Origin: Spirochaetaceae bacterium
GTDB taxonomy: Bacteria > Spirochaetota > Spirochaetia > CADAEX01
Assembly (NCBI GenBank): GCA_009780675.1
Contig: WQZP01000003.1
Location: 27,427-91,426, forward strand
DNA length: 64,000 nucleotides
Direction: 5' to 3'
The notes below the pieces were generated by a model. The model worked only from the letters and a program-made list of their open reading frames with translations. It made no database searches and had not been told where the DNA came from. Shown one piece after another: positions 1 through 10,417 of the stretch; the first letter of the stretch is position 1; each line of letters opens with the position of its first letter. Position numbers and translations under genes: made by a program.

Positions 1-1055
1 ATCCCTTCAATTGCAGCAGCAGCTCCCAATAAATGGCCATGTAGTGATTTTGTACTGCCAACACAAACATTATCTTCGCCTTTTGTTAAAAGTTTTGAAA
101 TTGCTTGCGCTTCTGCAATATCGCCAACAGGAGTTGATGTTCCATGAGTATTTATATAATCGATTTTACCTGCATCTATTTTCCCAGCCTCAACAGCCAT
201 CTTCATTGAGGCATAAGCGCCTTTGCCTTCCGGGTCCGGAGCAACAAGATCATGCGCATCTCCGCTTAGTCCTGTTGAGATAACTTCGCACAATATATTT
301 GCACCCCTTTTTTTAGCATGTTCATACTCTTCAAGACAGAATATTCCGCTCCCCTCTCCCATTACAAATCCATCTCTATCTTTATCAAAAGGCCGGGAAG
401 ATGTTTCGGGTGAGTCATTTCTTGTAGAAACAGCATGCATATTCGCAAAACCGCCCATAGCAAGCTCTGTTATTGTAGCTTCTGTAGCGCCGGCAAACAT
501 AACATCTGCCATTCCTGCTTTTATAATAAGGCTTGATGTAATAAGCGCATGGTTTGCAGTAGCGCATGCTGTTTGCACGCTTAAATTAGGGCCTTTTAAC
601 CCATAGATCATGCTTAAATAACCTGACGCAATATTCCCTATTGATAAAGGGATATAAAAAGGGCTTATTCTTCTTGGCCCTTTTGTTGCAAGTACAACTG
701 AATTTTCATGCTGAGTAGTAAGCCCACCTATTCCTGTTCCTACAATTACTCCGATCCTGTAAGGGTCATCTACTTTAACTCCGGATGATTCCCAAGCTTC
801 CTTCATGGCCGCAACAGCATAATGGCAAAAAGGGTCCATTCTTTTCGACATTTTTAGCTGATCTTCTGTATAATATTGTTTATAATCAAAATCTTTTATT
901 TCTGCGGCAATCTGACATGGTAAATTGGAAGCATCAAATCTGGTAATTTTACCAATAACAGATTTCATTTCAAGAACTTTACTCCAGCTATCGGCAACAT
1001 TTTTTCCAAGAGGATTTACTGTACCCATTCCTGTAATAACAACTCTTTTTTCCAT
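1..1055 (-). CDS. fabF: beta-ketoacyl-ACP synthase II (FabF), 3' end truncated by window edge
   Basis: Manual reverse translation gives MEKRVVITGMGTVNPLG...TACATANHAL...INTHGTSTPVGD...HGHLLGAAAAIEG, with the KAS active-site Cys/His motifs. The ATG is at 1053-1055 and is preceded by GGAAGGTG. The ORF has no stop in the window, which is why it is absent from the track. Confidence 0.85.
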   Translation of the reverse strand, partial: MEKRVVITGMGTVNPLGKNVADSWSKVLEMKSVIGKITRFDASNLPCQIAAEIKDFDYKQYYTEDQLKMSKRMDPFCHYAVAAMKEAWESSGVKVDDPYRIGVIVGTGIGGLTTQHENSVVLATKGPRRISPFYIPLSIGNIASGYLSMIYGLKGPNLSVQTACATANHALITSSLIIKAGMADVMFAGATEATITELAMGGFANMHAVSTRNDSPETSSRPFDKDRDGFVMGEGSGIFCLEEYEHAKKRGANILCEVISTGLSGDAHDLVAPDPEGKGAYASMKMAVEAGKIDAGKIDYINTHGTSTPVGDIAEAQAISKLLTKGEDNVCVGSTKSLHGHLLGAAAAIEG

Positions 1056-1186
1056 AAGTATAACACCTTCCTACGATATTTTTTATACGAGAAAATTATC
1101 ACACTAAAAAGCATATGTCTTTCGATATTATCTATTTTTTTTGTGCGATTGTCTGATTCAACTATTTATGAAATAATATACACGCT

Positions 1187-2014
1187 ATGAAACTTTTATT
1201 TTTTATAAGAAATATCAAGATAAATGAGAAAGATAGGACAAATATAACAAAACATTCACACGAATTCCATGAATTATTGTACTGCACTGAAAGTAATTCG
1301 GAAAAAATCAAGGCAGGTGATTTGTTGTTTTATCCAGCCGGGCAAACTCATGCCACAAGCTATGAAATAGGTAAATCCATATTGTTTTATCAAATCTATT
1401 TTTCGGAAAGTCTTTTTTCCACTACTGTAAATATAGAAAAACAGGCTCTTTTTATTCTTGGACAGCTAAAACTCTATGTTAAAAACAGGAATCAGCAGAT
1501 AAATCTTTCCAGGATAGGAACTGAGCGCATAGTTAAGCTTTTTGAAAGTATGCAATGGGAGTTTACAAACCGATATAGGGGATATTCGTGGACAGTAAGG
1601 TTCAAACTTATTGAATTGCTGGTTACGGTTATCAGAGATAGGGAATTTAAGCTTCCAATCAGGGGGGAAATGGGCAAGCCTCTTTCAAACAGCCATATTC
1701 AGGATGTGCTTTTATATCTTGAAACTGATTATATGAGTAATATTACTGTGGATGATATATTGCAGTTTTGCCCATTAAGCAGGAGCCACTTCCATGCCTT
1801 ATTCAAGCAGGAGACAGGAAAAACATTTATTGAATATTTAAATAACTTGCGATGTGAAAAAGCTGCAGAGCTTCTTATTACTACAGATGATACTGTTCTT
1901 GAAATTGCATTTAAGTCTGGGTTTAATAATTTTAGCCACTTTTGCCATACATTTAAACAGCTAAAGGGAATATCACCTAAAAAATATAAGCGAAGCTGTA
2001 TCCCGGAGATTTAA
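1187..2014 (+). CDS. AraC-family transcriptional regulator (cupin-like N-domain + C-terminal HTH_AraC)
   Basis: The C-terminus ...ITVDDILQFCPLSRSHFHALFKQETGKTFIEYLNNLRCEKAAELLITTDDTVLEIAFKSGFNNFSHFCHTFKQ has the typical two-HTH AraC signature. The ATG at 1187 was verified. Confidence 0.8.
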   Translation: MKLLFFIRNIKINEKDRTNITKHSHEFHELLYCTESNSEKIKAGDLLFYPAGQTHATSYEIGKSILFYQIYFSESLFSTTVNIEKQALFILGQLKLYVKNRNQQINLSRIGTERIVKLFESMQWEFTNRYRGYSWTVRFKLIELLVTVIRDREFKLPIRGEMGKPLSNSHIQDVLLYLETDYMSNITVDDILQFCPLSRSHFHALFKQETGKTFIEYLNNLRCEKAAELLITTDDTVLEIAFKSGFNNFSHFCHTFKQLKGISPKKYKRSCIPEI

Positions 2015-2130
2015 GTACAGATTTACCTTTGTTCCATTGCGCCATCTGGGATAAGCGAAGCTGTATCCCGGAGATTTAAGTACAGATTTACCTTTGTTCC
2101 ATTGCGCCATCTGGGATAAGCGAAGCTGTC
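1990..2130. repeat. 65-bp unit tandemly repeated 2.2x, covering the last 8 codons + stop of the AraC-family gene and 40 bp downstream
   Basis: gcgaagctgtatcccggagatttaagtacagatttacctttgttccattgcgccatctgggataa occurs at 1990-2054 and again, identical, at 2055-2119. A partial third copy, gcgaagctgtc, sits at 2120-2130. Confidence 0.9.
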
Positions 2131-2195
2131 CCAAATGACTCTTTAAAACAAAGATGAATTTGTTAACAACCTTTGGGATACTGCTTCGCATATAT

Positions 2196-2234
2196 CCCGT
2201 AGCAAGTACGGGGCTTTCCCGTAGCAAGTACGGG
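2196..2234. repeat. two identical 17-nt hairpins (cccgta-gcaag-tacggg) 5 bp apart, between convergent AraC-family gene and dnaJ; possible bidirectional terminator/REP-like element
   Basis: cccgtagcaagtacggg lies at 2196-2212 and 2218-2234, with a 6-bp stem and 5-nt loop. No clear U-tract on either strand. Confidence 0.4.
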
Positions 2235-2236
2235 AC

Positions 2237-3373
2237 CTACTGCATGGAAGAAAGTTTAACTGGTTTTGGATTTTCTGTCTCTTCGGAAACCGCAGCAAGT
2301 TCCTCAAGCAGCTTTTTCTGCTTTGAAGAGAGTTTCTCCGGCACAATTACACTTATCTTGACATATAAGTCGCCGCGCCTGTTGGGATTCTGAAGATGCG
2401 GAACCCCCTCTTCCCTCAACCTGAACATTTTGCCATTTTGCGTTCCAGGAGGAATTTTTAGTTTTACTTTTTTATCATCCAGCGTATCTACATAAATATT
2501 TGCACCTAATGTTGCCTGCGTAAATGAAATGGATATCAGACAGTAAATATCTACACCATGCCTTTCAAAATATTCATGCGGCTTTACCTGTATAAGTACA
2601 TATAAATCGCCGGAAGGCCCTCCGTTATTACCAGCATTACCTTGGCCTTGTATGCTTATCCTTTTGCCGGATTCAATGCCCGCAGGTATTGTAACTTTTA
2701 TTTTTTGGGTCCGTTTCTCTACCCCTGTTCCCCTGCATTTTGTACATGGGTTTTCAATAATAAAACCCTCGCCATGACAAGTTGAACACGGAGTTGCTAT
2801 TGAAAAAAATCCAGAACTTCTTCTTACCTGCCCTGTTCCTCCGCAAGTGCTGCACGTCTTTTTTCCAGACCCAGGCTTGCTTCCAGAGCCACTGCACACA
2901 TCACATGCATGGTTTTTATTATATGATATTTCAACTTTGGAGCCAAAAACAGCATCTTTAAAAGAAATAGTAAGATTATATTGCAGATCTGCTCCGCGTG
3001 AAGAATGATCGCCTCTTCTCCCTTTAGAACCGCCTCCGCCAAAAAAAGAATCAAATATGCTTGAAAAGCCGCCGCCGGAAAAGCCACCAAATATATCTTC
3101 AAAGTCCCTGAATACTGATGAATAATCGTGAGCCCCGGCTCCCATTCCTTCAATTCCCGCAAAACCATACTGGTCGTATGTTTGCCTTTTTTTGTCATCA
3201 CTTAAAACTTCATACGCTTCGGTAGCTTCTTTAAACTTACCCTCTGCTTCCTTGTTGCCTGCGGTTTTATCGGGATGGAACTGAATAGCAAGCTTTCTAT
3301 AAGCTTTTTTTATTTCTTCCTTGGTTGCTCCCTTCGAAACACCAAGGACTTCATAATAATCTCTTTTTGCCAA
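2237..3373 (-). CDS. dnaJ: chaperone DnaJ
   Basis: N-terminal J-domain [14 protein letters not shown]...HPDK, a G/F-rich linker, and four CxxCxGxG zinc-finger repeats. It lies downstream of dnaK. Confidence 0.95.
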   Translation of the reverse strand: MAKRDYYEVLGVSKGATKEEIKKAYRKLAIQFHPDKTAGNKEAEGKFKEATEAYEVLSDDKKRQTYDQYGFAGIEGMGAGAHDYSSVFRDFEDIFGGFSGGGFSSIFDSFFGGGGSKGRRGDHSSRGADLQYNLTISFKDAVFGSKVEISYNKNHACDVCSGSGSKPGSGKKTCSTCGGTGQVRRSSGFFSIATPCSTCHGEGFIIENPCTKCRGTGVEKRTQKIKVTIPAGIESGKRISIQGQGNAGNNGGPSGDLYVLIQVKPHEYFERHGVDIYCLISISFTQATLGANIYVDTLDDKKVKLKIPPGTQNGKMFRLREEGVPHLQNPNRRGDLYVKISVIVPEKLSSKQKKLLEELAAVSEETENPKPVKLSSMQ

Positions 3374-3393
3374 TTTTTGGGTCTCACCTTATA

Positions 3394-5349
3394 TTAGTAT
3401 TCTTTTTTATCTTTATCATCATCTACAACTTCATAGTCAGCATCTTCGATATTATCTCCAGGTTTTTTTTGATCTCCATAATCCTGTTCATTGGAGCTGG
3501 AGTTATTCTGGGAGTTGTCTCCGCCAGCCTGTTGTCCTGCTGTATTTGAAGCATTTTTATACATCTCTTCAGCAAGCTTATAAGAAGCTTGTTTTAGTTC
3601 TTCGGTCTTCTTTTTTATATCTTCAATATCTGTTCCTTCTAAAGCTGTTTTAAGGTTACCCAATGCTGTTTCAACTTTAGTCTTTTCATCGGCAGATATT
3701 TTATCTCCATATTCTTTAAGAGATTTTTCTGTTGCGTAAATAAGAGCATCTGCTTCATTTTTTACTTCTACTTTTTCTTTTTCTTTTTTATCTTCTTCTG
3801 CGTGCGCTGCTGCATCATCAACCATTTTCTTAATTTCTGCTTCGGAAAGTCCGGAAGATGATTCTATCCTTATTTTTTGCTCTTTTCCTGTTGCAATATC
3901 TTTTGCAGATACATGGACTATACCATTGGCATCTATATCAAACGCAACTTCGACTTGCGGAATACCACGTGGCGCCGGAGGTATGCCCACAAGGTCAAAT
4001 TTCCCAAGAGTTCTGTTCTGGGTAGCCATTTCCCGCTCTCCCTGCAGAACATGGATGGAAACTGCTGTCTGGTTATCTGCTGCAGTTGAGAAAACCTGGC
4101 TTTTTCTTGTAGGAATTGTTGTGTTCCTGTCTATAAGTTTTGTGAATACTCCACCGAGAGTTTCTATTCCAAGCGAAAGAGGAGTAACGTCAAGAAGAAG
4201 TACATCTTTAACATCGCCGCCAAGAATACCTCCCTGTATTGCTGCTCCCATAGCCACAACTTCATCGGGGTTTACACTTTTATTTGGTTCTTTTTTAAAT
4301 ATCTCTTTAACAATCGCCTGCACAGCAGGGGTTCTTGTTGCTCCCCCTACAAGAATTACTTCATCAATATCCGAAGGGGAAAGCCCTGCATCACTTAATG
4401 CTTTGAGACATGGTTCTTTTGTCCTTTGAATAAGATTTTCTACCATTTGCTCATATTTCGCTCTTGTAAGATTATATAAAAGATGTTTTGGCCCGCTTGC
4501 ATCTGCAGTTATAAAAGGGAGATTAATATCTGTAGCCTGTGTACTTGAAAGCTCTATCTTTGCTTTTTCAGCTGCTTCTTTAAGCCTTTGCAGCGCCATT
4601 TTATCTTTTGAAAGATCTATTCCAGTATCTTTTTTAAATGTATCTATGAGCCAGATAATTATTGTCTGGTCAAAATTGTCTCCGCTAAGGTGAGTATCGC
4701 CGTTAGTAGACTTTACTTCAAAAACACCGTCGCCAAGCTCAAGTATGGAGATATCAAATGTTCCTCCCCCAAGGTCATACACTGCGATTTTTTCATCTTT
4801 TTTATCTTTTCCAAATCCATAAGCAAGCGCTGCTGCAGTAGGTTCGTTTACAATTCTTTTAACCTCAAGTCCTGCTATCCTTCCCGCATCTTTTGTTGCC
4901 TGTCTTTGTGAATCATTAAAATATGCAGGGACTGTTATTACAGCTTCGGTAATGGTTGTTCCAAGATAATCTTCTGCTGTTTTTTTCATTTTCTGCAATA
5001 CTGCCGCAGATATTTCCGGAGGTGTGTGAGATTTTCCCCTTATATCAATTTTAACATCATGGTTGGGCGTATCTTCAACCTTATAAGGGACAAGCGTAAG
5101 CTCCCTCTGAACTTCTGAAAATTTATTTCCCATAAATCTTTTTATTGAATAAATTGTATTCTCAGGATTAGTAATTATCTGATTTTTTGCAGGCTGACCA
5201 ATGAGTCTTTCGCCCTTATCTGTGAAAGCAACTATAGAAGGAGTTGTTCTTTGTCCTTCTGCATTTGGAATTACTACAGGCTCTCCGCCTTCCATAACAG
5301 CAACACATGAATTAGTTGTTCCAAGATCTATTCCTATAATTTTTCCCAT
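3394..5349 (-). CDS. dnaK: chaperone DnaK (Hsp70)
   Basis: [18 protein letters not shown]..., DLGGGTFD and the other Hsp70 signatures; 651 aa. Confidence 0.97.
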   Translation of the reverse strand: MGKIIGIDLGTTNSCVAVMEGGEPVVIPNAEGQRTTPSIVAFTDKGERLIGQPAKNQIITNPENTIYSIKRFMGNKFSEVQRELTLVPYKVEDTPNHDVKIDIRGKSHTPPEISAAVLQKMKKTAEDYLGTTITEAVITVPAYFNDSQRQATKDAGRIAGLEVKRIVNEPTAAALAYGFGKDKKDEKIAVYDLGGGTFDISILELGDGVFEVKSTNGDTHLSGDNFDQTIIIWLIDTFKKDTGIDLSKDKMALQRLKEAAEKAKIELSSTQATDINLPFITADASGPKHLLYNLTRAKYEQMVENLIQRTKEPCLKALSDAGLSPSDIDEVILVGGATRTPAVQAIVKEIFKKEPNKSVNPDEVVAMGAAIQGGILGGDVKDVLLLDVTPLSLGIETLGGVFTKLIDRNTTIPTRKSQVFSTAADNQTAVSIHVLQGEREMATQNRTLGKFDLVGIPPAPRGIPQVEVAFDIDANGIVHVSAKDIATGKEQKIRIESSSGLSEAEIKKMVDDAAAHAEEDKKEKEKVEVKNEADALIYATEKSLKEYGDKISADEKTKVETALGNLKTALEGTDIEDIKKKTEELKQASYKLAEEMYKNASNTAGQQAGGDNSQNNSSSNEQDYGDQKKPGDNIEDADYEVVDDDKDKKEY

Positions 5350-5431
5350 ATTAATCTCCTAATTTATCACTTTTTATATTAAACATCCTGGGCTCAGGCT
5401 AATCCCGAAAAAAACCCAGCTAAATTCCATA

Positions 5432-6085
5432 TCAATTTTGGTCTTCTTTTTTCACTTCTGCTTTTGCAGCATGCTCTGCTGTAGCTTCATTTTTTGGCAT
5501 AAAAACTTTTATTTTAGCATGTCTTATGGCCCTATTATTAAGCATATACCCATATTGAAAAACTTCTGCAACAACAGGTTCTGTAATACCCTCTTTTTCT
5601 TCTTTCATAAAAGCTTCATGCTTTTCCGGGTCAAATTTATCGCCTGCTGCAGCAAATTTTACAAGATTCCATTTTTTCTCCAACATTGAAGAAAATTGTT
5701 TTTCTATTAATTCTATCCCTTTGTAAAACTTTTCAAAATCTTTTGAATCAGCAGATGAATTAATAGCTCTCTCAAAATCATCGATTATATTAACCAAATC
5801 CAACAAAAGATTTGTATTTCCATATTTAATAGTTTCTTCTTTCTCTTTGATAACTCTTTTGCGGAAATTATCAAAATCAGCCTGCTTTCTTAATATATTA
5901 TCACGGAGGCCAGCAATTTCTTCTTCTGATTTTTTAAGCTTATCCTTAAGATTTTCAATGACATTATTGTTTTCTTCTGCACCATTACTGCAACTGGATA
6001 TTTCTTCTTCTGTTTTTACTTTTTCTTCATTACAGCTATTTTCAGCACACTCTGCTTTTTTATTTTCTTCGTCTTCTTTATTCAT
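5432..6085 (-). CDS. grpE: nucleotide exchange factor GrpE
   Basis: A 217-aa coiled-coil N-terminal region followed by a GrpE-like C-terminal domain (LLLDLVNIIDDFERA...). It sits immediately upstream of dnaK. Confidence 0.8.
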   Translation of the reverse strand: MNKEDEENKKAECAENSCNEEKVKTEEEISSCSNGAEENNNVIENLKDKLKKSEEEIAGLRDNILRKQADFDNFRKRVIKEKEETIKYGNTNLLLDLVNIIDDFERAINSSADSKDFEKFYKGIELIEKQFSSMLEKKWNLVKFAAAGDKFDPEKHEAFMKEEKEGITEPVVAEVFQYGYMLNNRAIRHAKIKVFMPKNEATAEHAAKAEVKKEDQN

Positions 6086-6179
6086 GGTAGACTACTCCAT
6101 TTCTGATTAATAATATCTTAAAAATAACAATGGAGTTTAAAACCGTCAAGTTTTTCGAGAAATTTATAAAAAAAGAAAG

Positions 6180-9100
6180 CTACTTTTTGGGCATTATCTC
6201 AAGTATAAGCTCAACCTCACCACGGGAAAGACCTGTTGCCTGAGCAATGTTGTCAGATGTCCACCCCTGATGCGCAAGTTTAACAACCATTTCCCGCTTA
6301 TCCAATGAAGGAGCGCCACCTTTTTGAGTTTTCTTGCTCACTTTTGAATCTTTTTCCATAAGAGAACCAAGAAGAGTAACACTATCTTCTGCTTTTTTTA
6401 CAGATTCATTAAGTCTTGTTTCTGTTCTTGCAAGCCATTCTCTGGAATTTTGAACTTTGTCTATACGCTCTTCGATATCACCCATAATCTTGGAGAGAGA
6501 CTCAAGCTTTCCAATTACTTTATCTGCTTCGCTTTTTTCCATACTGATTTTTTTAAATCTGGCTTCAACTTCGTTTAGCCGCACCGGAAACATATCTGCG
6601 ATTTCAGAAAGTTCTGCAAATCCTTTTTCAAGTTTTTGAAGCGTCTGGAAATTTTTATCTACTGCGTCTATTGTTGCTTCCAATATACCTTCTTTCTTTT
6701 CAAGTCTTTGGGATTTTTCGTCTACTTCTTTAAATAAATCGTCAAGCCCTCTAAGTTTTACATCAATCTCCTGGAACCCATCATAGACAGTTGTTACATG
6801 CTCAAGTTTTGTATCAACAGCCTGGGATATATTTAAAAGTTTTTTAAAATCCCCTTCAATTTCATCTATTTTGCGTTTTTCAGAGAGAAGCCTGTTAAGC
6901 TTTGTCGAAACCTCTTCCTCAAGTTTTCTTATGCTGTCAAATTTCTTCTCTGCGACTTTAATATCTTTGCTTTGTGTATCAACTTTTATAATATCCCTTT
7001 TTAGCTCTTCTATTTTTTCATCAAGCGCATTTCTTAGAGTATCGGCACGGTCAAAAATTTTAGTCTGATTGACAAAACTCTTCTGCTTTTTATCAATCTC
7101 ATTAAGAGTTGTATTTAAAGCTTTCATGTTTTCCGATATTTTTATCATTATTTTTTTCTCTGTGTTCTCAATTTTATTTTTCACATCCTGAACAGCTATC
7201 TTAAATTCTTTTATCTTAGTATCTATTTCAAATATAAAATCTCTGTTCTTTTTGGTAAAATCATTCATAAAAAATTCAGCATCAGTTTTTTGTTTTTCAA
7301 TTGCTGCTTCTGATTTTTCTTTGAGATCATCATTAAGTTTGGTAATATTTATGGCAATCTCTTTAAGCAATCGATTAAAAATCTCTCTTGTCTCACTGGA
7401 TTCATGTACAAGGGTATCTTTCTCTTTCGAATATTCAGTCGTTAGCGCATCAATATTTTTTACAATATCTTTTTCATATTGCCTTAGCCTTTCATCAATG
7501 CCTGATTGATACTCTGTAAATTCTTTATTAAAATGGTTGTGACTTGATATTTTAGCATCTTCGGTTTCAGTCTTTAACGAAGCCTCAAACTCTTTTACAC
7601 TTTTTTCAATAAGAATGAGTTTTTCATCAATACCATCTCTAAATATATTTACATTATTTTCATACTTTTGAAATTGGGCATTTGCTTTTACCTGAATTTC
7701 ATTAAGGCGATCTTTCATTGTCTCAATACATTTAGTTTCTATTTCTTCCCTTGTTCCAAGCGTTTCCAGCGTAGCTTTGTCGATTTTTTCGGCTACTTCT
7801 TTTTGCCACAACTCAAGCTTGTTGTTTACTGCATCATTGCGCACTTTTAAATCCTTAAAGAATTCGTCTTCAAAAATCTGTAATTTTTCAGTAACATTTT
7901 CATAAGATTTTTTCTTTAATTCACCTATTCTGTTTTCAAGAGTTTCAAGCACTTCCCGGATCTCTTTAAAATCATTATCCAGTTTTACCTTTTGAGCGCT
8001 CTTTTCCGTATCTATAAATACTTCAAATGAGCGGAAATCATCTTTTATTTTTTCCCCAACTTTGTTCATCATGTTTTTAAGATTTTTTTCCATCTCACTA
8101 ATATCTTTTTCAACTCCTATAATACCTTCTACTTTATAATTTATAGTTTCTTCATATTCTTTGATATTTTCTTCTGCCCTTGAGAGAGATGCAACAACAT
8201 TGGAGTCAACTGTTTCTATCTGCTCTAAAAGTTCTTTTTTTACAAACTCCGCATTTTTCGTTATCTGCTTTCTTAGCTCGTTAAAAAGAACATCCTGATG
8301 CTGATTATTTTCTTCGTTTGCTTTGGCAAATCTTTGATTATATTTTTCTTCGATTTTTTCAATTTTAGCAAGGAATATCTGCTCAAAACTATTTACATCT
8401 GCATCAAGTTTTTTTGAAAAATTCGCTGCCTCCAAATTCTTTCTTTTTTCAAGCCCTTCAACAAAACCCTTGTATGCTTCCAGTCTTTTTTCAAAATCTA
8501 CGGAAACAGCATCAATTTCTTTTTTCATTACTTCAATTTTTCCGGATTCTCCATTTAATGTTTTTTCAAATTCTTTTATATCTGCAAATACATTTTCATA
8601 GTATTGCATTGAGTTCTGTTGAGTATTAACATATTTATCTTCAATATTTTTTTCAAATGTTTTTATTTCTGCGCTTAATTTTTCAAACTGCTCACTTACT
8701 CTCTCTTCAAGGATTTTGAGATTGCCATCCACATCGTTGGTTATTTCAGAAGTTTTATCCTCAATATCTCCTTCAACCTTTTTCATCTCCGCACTTAATT
8801 TTTCATACTGATTTTTTACTCTTGTTTCAAAAGTTTTAAGGTTATCATCAACATCACTGGTTATTTCAGAAGCTTTTTCCTCAATATCTTTTCGCACTGT
8901 CTTGAATACATCTTCGCTAAGAGTAGCCCCTTTTTGCGCTATATCAAGAAGCACTTTTTCAAAACCCTCTTCTGTTTTATATAACTTTGCAGAAAATTGT
9001 TCAGACATCTCTTCAAGTTCCTGGGCTATATCCTTAATTGCTTGTTCTCCAAGCGTATCTCTCCGTTCTTCCAGTTTTACAAGATATTCGCTAAAATTCT

Positions 9101-9683
9101 GAACCTCACTTCTGTTTTCTTCAAGCTGCTCTTTAATAGTATTTGATTTTACTTCTATTTCATTAAAAATTCCAATTTTAAGTAACTCTGCGCTCTCTTC
9201 ATTTTTTTTCGTAAATTCATCTATTATCTGAGGTATTCTATTTTCCAGTTTATCCATTGAAGAAGAAGCTTCTTTTATTTTTTTACTTACATCATCAACA
9301 AAAATAGATTCTTCGTGCAATTTTTTTAGATTCTCATCTACTCTTGATGTCATATCAGATAGTTCTTTTAGGACTGCATCATAGCTATCAATCTTTTTAT
9401 GTATTGCAACAAGTTCCTGTTCTCTGAAAGCAAGATCATTGGCGCTCTGGTCAATTCTGTTATATACTTCTTTAACTGTTTTCTCATGGACCTCAAGCTC
9501 AATTGAAAGGTCTTTAAGCCCCATAGCTTTTTCTTCAACAATTGAATCAAGCTCTTCCTTGATTTTATTAAAATACTTTTTCATTCTTTCGAGGCTTCTG
9601 TTATTAATATCAAGTCTGCGGTATATCATTAATATTGTTATTACAATTGCAATTGTAATGAGATTTCCCAAAGTAAAATCCAT
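6180..9683 (-). CDS. 1167-aa membrane-anchored coiled-coil protein with C-terminal LuxR/GerE- or sigma-70-region-4-like HTH; function unknown
   Basis: One N-terminal TM segment (LGNLITIAIVITILMIYRRL) is followed by about 1050 aa of Glu/Lys-rich heptad-like sequence containing internal ~40-aa tandem repeats. The C-terminus REMVVKLAHQGWTSDNIAQATGLSRGEVELILEIM matches the LuxR/sigma-r4 HTH pattern. The ATG was verified. Confidence 0.6.
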   Translation of the reverse strand: MDFTLGNLITIAIVITILMIYRRLDINNRSLERMKKYFNKIKEELDSIVEEKAMGLKDLSIELEVHEKTVKEVYNRIDQSANDLAFREQELVAIHKKIDSYDAVLKELSDMTSRVDENLKKLHEESIFVDDVSKKIKEASSSMDKLENRIPQIIDEFTKKNEESAELLKIGIFNEIEVKSNTIKEQLEENRSEVQNFSEYLVKLEERRDTLGEQAIKDIAQELEEMSEQFSAKLYKTEEGFEKVLLDIAQKGATLSEDVFKTVRKDIEEKASEITSDVDDNLKTFETRVKNQYEKLSAEMKKVEGDIEDKTSEITNDVDGNLKILEERVSEQFEKLSAEIKTFEKNIEDKYVNTQQNSMQYYENVFADIKEFEKTLNGESGKIEVMKKEIDAVSVDFEKRLEAYKGFVEGLEKRKNLEAANFSKKLDADVNSFEQIFLAKIEKIEEKYNQRFAKANEENNQHQDVLFNELRKQITKNAEFVKKELLEQIETVDSNVVASLSRAEENIKEYEETINYKVEGIIGVEKDISEMEKNLKNMMNKVGEKIKDDFRSFEVFIDTEKSAQKVKLDNDFKEIREVLETLENRIGELKKKSYENVTEKLQIFEDEFFKDLKVRNDAVNNKLELWQKEVAEKIDKATLETLGTREEIETKCIETMKDRLNEIQVKANAQFQKYENNVNIFRDGIDEKLILIEKSVKEFEASLKTETEDAKISSHNHFNKEFTEYQSGIDERLRQYEKDIVKNIDALTTEYSKEKDTLVHESSETREIFNRLLKEIAINITKLNDDLKEKSEAAIEKQKTDAEFFMNDFTKKNRDFIFEIDTKIKEFKIAVQDVKNKIENTEKKIMIKISENMKALNTTLNEIDKKQKSFVNQTKIFDRADTLRNALDEKIEELKRDIIKVDTQSKDIKVAEKKFDSIRKLEEEVSTKLNRLLSEKRKIDEIEGDFKKLLNISQAVDTKLEHVTTVYDGFQEIDVKLRGLDDLFKEVDEKSQRLEKKEGILEATIDAVDKNFQTLQKLEKGFAELSEIADMFPVRLNEVEARFKKISMEKSEADKVIGKLESLSKIMGDIEERIDKVQNSREWLARTETRLNESVKKAEDSVTLLGSLMEKDSKVSKKTQKGGAPSLDKREMVVKLAHQGWTSDNIAQATGLSRGEVELILEIMPKK

Positions 9684-9684
9684 A

Positions 9685-10374
9685 TTACTTCTCCGTTAAA
9701 TGCTTTTTATTCAGGTTAAGCACAAATTCCCAAAATTTTCTGTAGTTATAAAAAGTATAATCTGCCCTGCTGTTTTTCTTCTTAAACAGGCTAAAATATG
9801 CAGAGATCATTCCGGCATTATTTGCCCCTATTATATCATACTGATAATTATTACCAACATAAATTATTTTTTCAGGGGTTATGCCAAGTTTGGAGGCCAC
9901 AAGGTTAAAAGATTCTGGTCTTGGTTTTAATGCCCCAATTTCATCCGCAGAGCAAACAATATCCCAGTAACTGTCAAGCCCAAGATAAGAAAGCTTTCTG
10001 CCTACTGGAAAATCTGAAATTATCCCCACTTTGATATCTTTACTTTTTAGGTCCGCAAGCATTTTTTTTATAATTTTATGGGGTTTTATCCATTTAAACA
10101 TTGAAATAAACTGCCCATAAATATATTTTTCCATAAGCTGCGCTGCTTCCTGTTCTGTTTTTTTGATCTCTTTTGCAAAAAGATTTATCTGAAGCTCTCT
10201 AAGGTTGCCGGAATAATCGATTTTTCTTACTTTACGCCTCATCCTGCCAAATGCAGTGGATAAAACAGGGTGCATGATAAAGAAGAGGATTGAAGTAAGG
10301 CACATTTTATAGTTGGGATAAAGAGTACCATCCACATCAAATATAACTGCCTCTATTTCTTTACAATTAAGCAT
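9685..10374 (-). CDS. HAD-superfamily hydrolase (subfamily IA-like)
   Basis: Motif I IFDVDGTLY is present, with KxxGxxSDFP and a D-rich motif IV-like region further downstream. The ATG was verified. Confidence 0.7.
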   Translation of the reverse strand: MLNCKEIEAVIFDVDGTLYPNYKMCLTSILFFIMHPVLSTAFGRMRRKVRKIDYSGNLRELQINLFAKEIKKTEQEAAQLMEKYIYGQFISMFKWIKPHKIIKKMLADLKSKDIKVGIISDFPVGRKLSYLGLDSYWDIVCSADEIGALKPRPESFNLVASKLGITPEKIIYVGNNYQYDIIGANNAGMISAYFSLFKKKNSRADYTFYNYRKFWEFVLNLNKKHLTEK

Positions 10375-10417
10375 ATTTATTATTTTTAACGCAAATAGCC
10401 TTTAGATGCAACAGCTA

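Noticed and set aside
2824-3201. 125-aa minus-strand ORF and several other 60-170-aa track ORFs lying inside or antisense to dnaJ/dnaK (e.g. 3926-4429 +, 3877-4089 +)
   Set aside because: They are fully embedded in strongly supported chaperone genes in other frames. They are low-complexity, with no SD and no family signal, so they are frame-shadow ORFs.
6086-6179. Looked for a CIRCE inverted repeat (TTAGCACTC-N9-GAGTGCTAA) upstream of grpE
   Set aside because: None was present on either strand. Only a weak TTGACG / TATTTT sigma-70-like pair was found, so it is not annotated as a feature.
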